Positions 15,929-23,125 of a stretch of 24,000 nucleotides of DNA are shown here, piece by piece. Below the pieces are notes generated by a model, which did not search any database, had not been told where the DNA came from, and worked only from the letters and a program-made list of their open reading frames with translations. The stretch spans positions 69,380 to 93,379 of the forward strand of contig CAVYVS010000026.1 in assembly GCA_963772005.1 (NCBI GenBank). Direction: 5' to 3'. The first letter of the stretch is position 1. Every line of letters starts with the position of its first letter. The stretch comes from an uncultured Nitrososphaerota archaeon. GTDB lineage: Archaea; Thermoproteota; Nitrososphaeria; Conexivisphaerales; DTJL01. Both the position numbers and the translations under genes were made by a program.

Positions 15929-17555
15929 ATGTTGTCATATCCATCTGGTTCGCAACCCGTCATAGTCCTGAAAGAAGGAGCGTCCGAAACCAAAGGCAAG
16001 GAAGCCCTTAGGAACAACATCAACGCGGCTAAGTTGATCTCTGGGATAGTGAAGTCTTCTCTCGGACCCAGGGGCATGGACAAGATGCTTGTGGATTCGC
16101 TGGGAGACGTAACCATTACCAACGACGGCGCCACGATGCTGAAGCAGCTCGACGTTCAGCACCCGGGCGCCAAGATGATGGTGGAGATCAGCAAGGCCAC
16201 TGACAGCGAAGTGGGCGATGGCACCACCAGCGCCGTCGTTCTGGCGGGCTCCCTGCTCGAGAAGGCTGAGGAGCTCATCGACAAGGACGTCCACCCGACC
16301 ATCATAGTCGACGGCTATACCATTGCCTGCGAGAAGGCACTGGAGATACTGGGCAAGATCGCCATTAAAGTGGACCCCACCAACAAGGAGTGGTTGGTCA
16401 AGATATCGAAGACCAGCCTGGCTTCGAAGCTCGTCTCTCAGGAAAGCGAGGAGCTTTCGAACATAGTCGTCGACGCGGTCCTCCACGTCGTCGACAAGGC
16501 CGGGGACAAGCTGAAGGTGGACATAGACAACGTCAAGGTCGAGAAGAAGCCCGGTCGGTCCCTGAGCGACACGGCCCTGGTCAACGGGATCATCATAGAC
16601 AAGGAGGTCGTGCATGCGGGGATGCCCAAGAGGGTGGAAAAGGCCAAGATAATGCTCCTCAACTCGCCGCTTGAGATCGAGAAGACCGAGATGAGCGCCG
16701 AGATACGGATCTCCGACCCCACCCAGATGAAGTCGTTCCTGGACGAGGAGGCGCGGATGCTAAAGGGGATGGTGGACAAGCTCGCCGAAGCCGGCGCCAA
16801 CGTTGTGTTCGTTCAGAAAGGCATCGACGACATAGCCCAGCACTACCTCGCAAAGGCGGGGATAGTGGCAGTCCGCCGAGTGAAAGAGAGCGACATGACT
16901 CGCCTGGCGAAGGCGACCGGTGGGCGGATCGTGACGAACCTCGACGACATGACGCAAGGCGGACCTCGGCCAGGCAGACCTCGTGGAAGAAAGGAAGGTC
17001 GAGCAGGACAAATGGGTCTTCGTGGAGGGATGCAAGAACCCGAAGGCGGTCAGCATCCTCCTCCGGGGCGGCTCCCAGAGGGTGGTGGACGAAGGCGAAA
17101 GGGCCGTGCACGATGCCATCATGGTGGTCAAAGATGTGATCGAAAGGCCCACCGTAGTGTGTGGGGGAGGCGCTCCTGAAGCCGAGATCGCTCACCGCAT
17201 AAGAGAGTGGGCCCACACGCTGTCCGGCAGGGAACAGCTGGCCGCCCAGTCTTTCGCCGATGCGATGGAAGTGATTCCCCTGACCCTAGCTTCGAATGCA
17301 GGGATGGACCCGATTGATACGCAAGTGGACCTGCGCGCGGCCCATTCGAAGAACAAGACTTGGGCAGGGATATCTGTTTCAGACGGCAAGGTAGGCGACA
17401 TGGAGAAGGAACAGGTGTTCGAGCCTGCCGTCGTGAAATCCCAGATCATCAAGTCGGCGACGGAAGCCGCGGTGATGATCATGAGGATCGACGACGTCAT
17501 AGCCTCGAAGGGCATGGGCAGGGAAGTCGGAGGCCCGCCGCCCGGCGGAATGTAG
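15929..17555 (+). CDS. ths: thermosome subunit (group II chaperonin), reading frame interrupted by a single-nt +1 frameshift near 16955-16959
   Basis: The N-terminal part (frame of ORF 15923..17179) has [32 protein letters not shown] and [13 protein letters not shown]. The C-terminal part (frame of ORF 16983..17555) has [47 protein letters not shown] and [10 protein letters not shown]. The junction is DDMT(Q/K)|[11 protein letters not shown] 15923 is an alternative start. Confidence 0.93.
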
Positions 17556-17565
17556 GATACACGGT

Positions 17566-17577
17566 CTTCTCTTTTTG
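17566..17577 (+). terminator. oligo-T archaeal terminator after the thermosome gene (TCTTCTCTTTTT)
   Basis: A pyrimidine/T5 run 11-22 nt after stop 17553-17555, in a convergent intergenic region. Confidence 0.4.
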
Positions 17578-17680
17578 CCACCGACGGCGAGCGGAGGCGC
17601 TGCCGGGGCCGAGCTGGGGCCGTTCCATAATTGCTCCCATCTCACGATGGCGGCCTCAAAATGAAGAGGTCGATGAGGTC

Positions 17681-18757
17681 CTACGGTGTGGCGCGCATGG
17701 TGCGCTTGAGAGACTGCAGGATCCTAATCCTCTTGACGATGTTGGGGTGAGTCGAGAAGAGCTCGAAGACCCTCTCGCTTTCAGAGATCTTCCTGTTGGC
17801 TACTTGGTTTATGAGGTCCTGTTCGCTGTAGGCGTACTGCGGGGCGCTCCTCGAAGACGTGTCGGGATCGATTATCAGGAGGCTCTTGAATCCCATGGCC
17901 TGAGACGATGGGGAACCGCGGCGCGAACCTTGCGACATTCCACGCCGGCCGTACAGGTCGAGCTTGGCCAGGGCCGAGGATAGCTTGTCGGCGCCGTCTT
18001 CTACCACCTCCGCTCCGTGCCTATCCGCATAGAGCTCCCTCTCTCTGCTCAGCCCCAAGACGAGGACGTTCAGGATGAAGTAGGCCACTAGGGCGAGGGC
18101 GCCGACGGCCACCGCCGAGCCCCCACCGTTCCTGGAATTGCTCGACGGCGCACCCCACATGAGGGACAGGGCGACATAGTAGAAGATGGCCGGCAAGACC
18201 GATACGAACATCATTATTTGGACGTCTCTGTGTCGGAGGTGGCCCAACTCGTGGCCGAGCACTGCTTCGACCTCGCCCGGCTCCAGGGTGTTGAGGAGGC
18301 CCTGGGTCACGCAGACCCTGCTTCCGGTCAATGGAGAGCCATATGCAAAGGCGTTGGGGGCCGGTATCGGAGATAGCATCAGCTTCGGCACCTTCAGGCC
18401 AGCCTTCTGGGCGATCCTCTCGAGCATTCCGTGAACCTCATTCATCTGCCCCTCGGGTACCTCCTTCACCTTGTACATGGCGCTCACGAGATAGGGCCCG
18501 ATGAGCCACTGAATCAGGCTGAAAGCTACCACCAGCACGAGCATGGTGATGATGTCGAAGACTCCCAAGTAGGTCAGCACGATTGCAAGGAAGAGGGTCG
18601 AAGCCCCAATCACCAAGGTGACCGTTCCGAGCATCGTCAGCCTGAGTCTCCAAAGGCTGTAGTCCAAGCTAAGCACCTCTAGACCGTCCGTAGGCGTGAC
18701 AGATTTAAATGTAGCGCCGAGGTCAACTTCGGCCCACCGTTTCGAGAGCGAGAGCAT
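17681..18757 (-). CDS. htpX: M48-family zinc metalloprotease HtpX homolog
   Basis: 358 aa with N-terminal TM helices, the HELGHLRHRD zinc motif (HExxH), further TM helices and the C-terminal ELFSTHPNIVKRIRIL motif. Confidence 0.85.
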   Translation of the reverse strand: MLSLSKRWAEVDLGATFKSVTPTDGLEVLSLDYSLWRLRLTMLGTVTLVIGASTLFLAIVLTYLGVFDIITMLVLVVAFSLIQWLIGPYLVSAMYKVKEVPEGQMNEVHGMLERIAQKAGLKVPKLMLSPIPAPNAFAYGSPLTGSRVCVTQGLLNTLEPGEVEAVLGHELGHLRHRDVQIMMFVSVLPAIFYYVALSLMWGAPSSNSRNGGGSAVAVGALALVAYFILNVLVLGLSRERELYADRHGAEVVEDGADKLSSALAKLDLYGRRGMSQGSRRGSPSSQAMGFKSLLIIDPDTSSRSAPQYAYSEQDLINQVANRKISESERVFELFSTHPNIVKRIRILQSLKRTMRATP

Positions 18758-18811
18758 CGAGCGGTTAGTTTAAGAGATTCACGGCGAGAAAGCTGTGAGA
18801 GCGAAACGAGA

Positions 18812-20215
18812 ATGGGAGCCCAATTCAGGGTCGAAAAGGACTACCTAGGCCCGGTGAACGTTCCCTACGACGCGTATTATGGTGTGCAGACGGCAAGGGC
18901 GGCGGACAACTTCAAGATTAGCGGTGTCAGGGCCCACCCCCTGTTCCTGCGCACCTCCGCCCTGGTCAAGTGGGCGGCCGCCGTGGGGAACATGAAGGCG
19001 GGGACCCTTGAAAGGCAGAAGGGAGATGCCATCTGCAGGGCCGCGGAGGAGATCTATTCCGGAAACTTCCTCGATCAATTCGTCGTAGATGTGTTCCAGG
19101 CGGGGGCTGGCACCTCCCACGACATGAACGTCAACGAAGTCATCGCCAACAGGGCCATCGAGCTTCTGGGCGGCAGGAAGGGCCAGTACTCGGTCGTGCA
19201 TCCGAACGATGACGTGAACATGGGCCAGTCCACAAACGACTTCATCCCAACGGTCATAAGGGTCACAACGCTGCTCCTCATGAGAGACCTCCTAGTGGAG
19301 CTGGACTCGCTATGTCTGGCCTTAGGCGACCTGGCTGCGAAGTTCAATTCTCACGTGAAGCCCGGCCGCACCCACCTCATGGATGCGGCACCGGTGAGGT
19401 ACGGCCAGGTCTTCGAAGGATGGAGGAGGACCCTCACCAAGGACGGCGAAAGGCTCCGGCGAGCCGGGGACATGCTTACCGAGCTGAACCTTGGGGCGTC
19501 GGCCGTCGGCACAGGGGTTAACGCGGAACCGAAGTATGTGGATGAAGCACTGCGGTTCCTTTCCACCAAGACCGGCTTCCAGTTTCGCAGCCCAGCTTCC
19601 TTCATCGATGTGACGCACTCCATGTCGGACATGCTGTGGGCGTCCTCTTCGTTGAAGGTGCTGGCGGTGGACGTTTCGAAGATCTGTAACGACCTGCGCC
19701 TTATGAACTCCGGACCCCTCACCGGGTTCGGTGAGGTGACGCTGCCGGCAGTCCAGCCTGGGTCCTCCATAATGCCGGGGAAGGTGAACCCGGTGATAGC
19801 TGAATGCATGAACATGATCTGCTTCCACGTCATGGGTAGCGAAAGGGCTGTCGAGGAAGCCGCACACGCCGGCCAAATGGAGCTCAACGTGATGATGCCC
19901 CTCATCGCCTACGAACTCACAACCTCCCTCGAAATCATGAAGAACGGCCTCAAGATGCTCAGGGAGAAGCTCCTCCTTGGCATCGAAATCGACGTCGAGA
20001 AAGAGAGGCGCCTTGTGGAGACGAGCTCGGGAATAGCCCTAGCCCTCAACCCCTACCTCGGGTTTGATCGGACCGCCGAGATAGTGAAGGAGGCGATGAA
20101 ACGGGGAATCTCGGTGCGCCAGGTCATCAGCGAGAAGAAGCTGATGTCGGAGGAAGCGCTGGACAGGGTCCTGGACCCGTTCAGGATCACCCAAAGGGGC
20201 ATAGTCAGGGACTAG
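18812..20215 (+). CDS. aspA: class II fumarase/aspartase family lyase, aspartate ammonia-lyase-like
   Basis: 467 aa with the GSSIMPGKVNP family signature. The N-terminal YYGVQTARAADNF, QAGAGTS and GQSTNDFIPT match the AspA variants (GAGTS, QSTND) rather than FumC (GSGTQ, QSSND). Confidence 0.78.
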   Translation: MGAQFRVEKDYLGPVNVPYDAYYGVQTARAADNFKISGVRAHPLFLRTSALVKWAAAVGNMKAGTLERQKGDAICRAAEEIYSGNFLDQFVVDVFQAGAGTSHDMNVNEVIANRAIELLGGRKGQYSVVHPNDDVNMGQSTNDFIPTVIRVTTLLLMRDLLVELDSLCLALGDLAAKFNSHVKPGRTHLMDAAPVRYGQVFEGWRRTLTKDGERLRRAGDMLTELNLGASAVGTGVNAEPKYVDEALRFLSTKTGFQFRSPASFIDVTHSMSDMLWASSSLKVLAVDVSKICNDLRLMNSGPLTGFGEVTLPAVQPGSSIMPGKVNPVIAECMNMICFHVMGSERAVEEAAHAGQMELNVMMPLIAYELTTSLEIMKNGLKMLREKLLLGIEIDVEKERRLVETSSGIALALNPYLGFDRTAEIVKEAMKRGISVRQVISEKKLMSEEALDRVLDPFRITQRGIVRD

Positions 20216-20218
20216 GCC

Positions 20219-21356
20219 CTATACCTTCCAGTCTATGTCGACCGTCTCCTTGCGCACGAAGACGGTCACGAGCCCCCAGATCATGGCGGCAAGCCACAGC
20301 GGGGAGTAGATCACATAGTAGATGATGAAGTAGACAGGCCTGAAACTGTACCCGAGTTTCCTAGCGAAGACGAGATAGACTGCGGCGTAGCCTAGGAGGC
20401 CCACCAGCAATGCCAACCCCAGACTGAAGAGGTTGGGGAGGGCGCTATAGGGGATGAAAGCGGGGAGGAATATGGGGAAGGAGCGCGACGAGAGTGAAAT
20501 CAGGGCCAGGGCGAATATGTCCCAGGTGGCCATGTTCTTGAACGTCAGGCTGGAACATGGCGCTGATGACCGTGGGGAAGATCATGAGGAGGGCCGTGCC
20601 GAAGATTCCGGGATGCTTCTTCAGGGCGGAGAAGAGAGGCCTGTAGTTGTCGTGGAACCAGAGGGCGGTCCCATAGGACCACCTCTTACGCTGGGCCCAC
20701 CAGGCCTTCAGGGTTGAGGGGGAAAAGGTGTCGACCTGTATGTCCTCCGCATACTTGAAGTTCAGGTCCTTCAGGTAGGCCCTCAGGCCAAGGTCGAGGT
20801 CCTCAGAGACGACGGTCCTGAACCCGTCTATCCTTTCGTAGGCCTCCCTGGTGATGGCGAAGCCGGCCCCGTTTACGCCGAGGGTCTTCTTCATCCTCTT
20901 CGACATCAGCCAGTTGGCGGCGTTGAACCCCACGTACTCGTAGTAGACGATGTTCGAGAGGAGCCCCTCGACGACGACGCTCTTCTTCATCTCCAGCATG
21001 TCGTACCCGCGTATCTCGGAGGCCGTCCTGGTCACCAGGTCGGCCGTCTTGATGACGATGTCCGCGTCGAGGAAGATCAGCACGTCGCCGGTCGAGGAAC
21101 GAAAGCAGTCGTCGATGGCGTTTACCTTCCCCCTTCGCCGATCGCTGAGCCTGAACTGGACGTCGCGGCCGTACTTCTTGACCAGTTCGAGGGAGGAGGG
21201 CGACGCCTCGTCGATTGCTACGATAATCTCCTTTTTCGGATAGGAGTCGGCAACGAGCTTCTGCACAGTGTCGTCCAGTGTTTTGGAGGATCTCAGAACC
21301 GGTACTATGACCGAGACCCTGGGTGCTGCAGACAGCTCGGCATCGGCTATGGGCAT
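20219..21356 (-). CDS. family 2 glycosyltransferase, processive synthase type (D,D,D,Q-x-x-RW) with C-terminal TM helices; reading frame interrupted by a single-nt +1 frameshift near 20541-20556
   Basis: ORF 20445..21380 encodes VSVIVPV, FLDADIV (DxD), VSEDLDL and QRKRWSYG, then enters a TM helix (LLMIFPTVISAMF). The remaining ~100 aa of TM helices are in ORF 20219..20533, shifted by +1. ATG 21356 (MPIADAEL) is preferred over GTG 21380 because the TATA-like TTATACTTTTAAA (rc of 21388-21400) lies only ~10-20 nt from 21380. Confidence 0.8.
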
Positions 21357-21647
21357 GCCCTTGGTAACCCAACGGGCCACTGACGAGTTTAAAAGTATAA
21401 CGGAGTGAGTTTGTGTCTATCCTCGGCCTAGGGTCCTCAAAAGGCGCATGCCGATGGTCCAGTGAATCTAGCGGCTGACCCACAAACGCGCAACTTCCAG
21501 GACCCCTGCGTGCGGGGAGTGGCTCGGTGATCCCGAAAGGGGATGGCGCAGGGTAGGTGGAGTTCCGCAGTTTCACACGTGCAATGCAAGGATGGACGGA
21601 GGGGTGGAGGGCGGGCGCAACAGAGCCTGGACGGAATCACTCTGAAC

Positions 21648-21657
21648 CCTTAAATCA
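21648..21657 (+). promoter_or_regulatory. TATA element CCTTAAATCA for the PP-loop ATPase gene
   Basis: Centred 30 nt upstream of ATG 21683. Confidence 0.4.
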
Positions 21658-21682
21658 GCTCATCCGGAGTCAAGGGCGTCGA

Positions 21683-22705
21683 ATGCCCGGCATTGAGGGC
21701 AAGCGGCCCAAGGCCATGGTTCTCCTTTCGGGCGGGCTAGACAGCACGCTAGCTCTCACCATGATGAAGGAGATGGGAATAGAGGTGGTCGCGGTGAGCT
21801 TCAAGACGCCATTCTGCAACTTCGATTGCGGAAGCGGAGCCTGCGGAGCGAAGATCGGGGACACCACCTTGAAGTACGGAGTCGAATGGAAGCCTGTGAG
21901 CCTGGGCGAGGAGTACCTGGAGATAGTCAGGAAGCCCCGACACGGCTACGGAAGCGGAATGAATCCCTGCGTCGACTGCCGCGTGATGATGTATACCCGG
22001 GCACGGGAGATGATGAAGGAGCTGGGTGCAGACTTCATAGTTACGGGGGAGGTCGTGGGCCAGAGGCCCATGAGCCAGAACCGCCAAGCCCTGAGCATTA
22101 TCGAGAGGGAGTCGGGCCTCGAAGGCCTGATACTCAGACCGCTGTCGGCCCAGCTGATGGAGCCCACCATCCCTGAGAAGGAGGGATGGGTGGACAGATC
22201 GAAGCTCCTGGCCGTGGAAGGAAGAAGTAGAAGGACCCAAATCCAAATGGCCAAGGCAATAGGTTGGAAAGAGTACCCAAACCCATCGGGCGGCTGTCTT
22301 CTTACGGAAAAGGGGTTCTCCCGCCGCCTGAGCGACCTCTTTAGCCATGAGAGGCATCCCGACCAGAACGACATCGACCTCTTGAAAGTGGGCCGACACC
22401 TGCGCCTCAACGGAACATCGAAGCTGGTGGTGGGCAGGGACGTGCTCGAGAACAGCGAAATCTCGCAACTCGCCAGAGGGACGGATTCGTTGGTCGAGGT
22501 CGAGAAGATCCCGGGCCCTGTAGGCCTGTTGAGGGGGGCCTACGGGGAGCCGGAGATCGAGAGGGCCGCCTCCATCGTAGCCCGCTACAGTGACGCCCCT
22601 AAGGGCGCTGCCGCTACGGTCCACTGCAAGGGCGCGTCGGGCGAGGCCCGCTCCCTCTCAGTGGTTCCGCTGGCTGAGGCCGAAGTAGCCCGGCTCATCC
22701 TCTGA
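21683..22705 (+). CDS. PP-loop (adenine nucleotide alpha-hydrolase) ATPase, MnmA/ThiI-like putative tRNA sulfurtransferase
   Basis: 340 aa from ATG 21683. It has the PP-loop AMVLLSGGLDS, NPCVDCR (a CxxC as in MnmA-type thiolases), GEVVGQRPMSQ, LRPLS and a later GGC. The track start 21557 adds 42 aa of G/R-rich, non-protein-like sequence. Confidence 0.72.
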   Translation: MPGIEGKRPKAMVLLSGGLDSTLALTMMKEMGIEVVAVSFKTPFCNFDCGSGACGAKIGDTTLKYGVEWKPVSLGEEYLEIVRKPRHGYGSGMNPCVDCRVMMYTRAREMMKELGADFIVTGEVVGQRPMSQNRQALSIIERESGLEGLILRPLSAQLMEPTIPEKEGWVDRSKLLAVEGRSRRTQIQMAKAIGWKEYPNPSGGCLLTEKGFSRRLSDLFSHERHPDQNDIDLLKVGRHLRLNGTSKLVVGRDVLENSEISQLARGTDSLVEVEKIPGPVGLLRGAYGEPEIERAASIVARYSDAPKGAAATVHCKGASGEARSLSVVPLAEAEVARLIL

Positions 22706-22743
22706 TCCATCGGGTGATTCGATGGACCTCCCGGGCGAGGTCC
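22706..22743 (+). terminator. two adjacent 7-bp hairpins directly after the PP-loop gene stop
   Basis: The hairpins are TCCATCG-GGTGATT-CGATGGA (22706-22726) and GGACCTC-CCGGGC-GAGGTCC (22724-22743), sharing 3 nt and followed by TTCTCCC. Their function (terminator or regulatory) is not established. Confidence 0.3.
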
Positions 22744-22775
22744 TTCTCCCGACTCGGCCTTAATGGCTCACAAAT

Positions 22776-22784
22776 CTTATATCA
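22776..22784 (+). promoter_or_regulatory. TATA element CTTATATCA for the RAM-domain gene
   Basis: Centred 30 nt upstream of ATG 22810. Confidence 0.4.
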
Positions 22785-22809
22785 CCCCTGCGCCACATCA
22801 CTGTTCAGC

Positions 22810-23040
22810 ATGCCAATCGCTTTCGTGTTGCTAAATGTTGAGCCGGGGGGCGAAGACGAGGTTTTGCAGTCCCTCAAGACCATCCCGGAGGTCAGGGAGG
22901 CCTATCGCGTTTATGGCGTCTATGACACGGTAGTCAAGATTGAGGCCAATACGGCTGAGAAGCTGAAGGAATTGATCACCTGGAAGGTCAGGCGCCTCAA
23001 CAAGGTGCGCTCTACGCTAACCATGCTGGCCGTCGAATAG
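22810..23040 (+). CDS. stand-alone Lrp/AsnC-type ligand-binding (RAM) domain protein
   Basis: 76 aa from ATG 22810: MPIAFVLLNVEPGGEDEVLQSLKTIPEVREAYRVYGVYDTVVKIEANTAEKLKELITWKVRRLNKVRSTLT. This is the beta-alpha-beta-beta-alpha-beta RAM pattern (V.E.Y.V.G.YD) with no HTH domain. The 32 aa upstream extension in the track has no support. Confidence 0.7.
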   Translation: MPIAFVLLNVEPGGEDEVLQSLKTIPEVREAYRVYGVYDTVVKIEANTAEKLKELITWKVRRLNKVRSTLTMLAVE

Positions 23041-23125
23041 CCTAACATCGCCGCGACCGAGACGCCGATTCGGCCCCACAGATGCCGAAATCTTTAAGCG
23101 GAGTCAACAAACCATCCCTCTGGGC

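Noticed and set aside
18757-18812. A shared TATA (AGTTTAAGAG, 18767-18776) for divergent htpX and aspA.
   Set aside because: It lies 41 nt from aspA ATG 18812, which is plausible with a short leader, but only ~14 nt from htpX ATG 18757. It therefore cannot serve htpX as annotated. I could not resolve the htpX promoter or start from sequence alone.
6855-20560. Programmed +1 ribosomal frameshifting signals at the four split genes.
   Set aside because: There is no common slippery motif, no in-frame stop or obviously rare codon at the 0-frame A site, and no shared downstream structure. The gene-sense contexts differ (GCC-GGC, UCC-GGA, CAA-GGC, UUC-CAG-CCU). Sequence error remains the leading explanation, and the pattern is reported as a finding only for verification.
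21381-21682. Possible SRP (7S) RNA, RNase P RNA or TPP riboswitch in the long intergenic region.
   Set aside because: On neither strand could I find the SRP helix-8 core (AGGNCNGGAAGNGAGCA type), the RNase P CR-I/CR-V motifs (GAGGAAAGUCC, ACAGAANNCGGCUUA) or the TPP CUGAGA / ACCUGAUCUGGAUAAUGCCAGCG elements. The region is kept only as an unclassified candidate.
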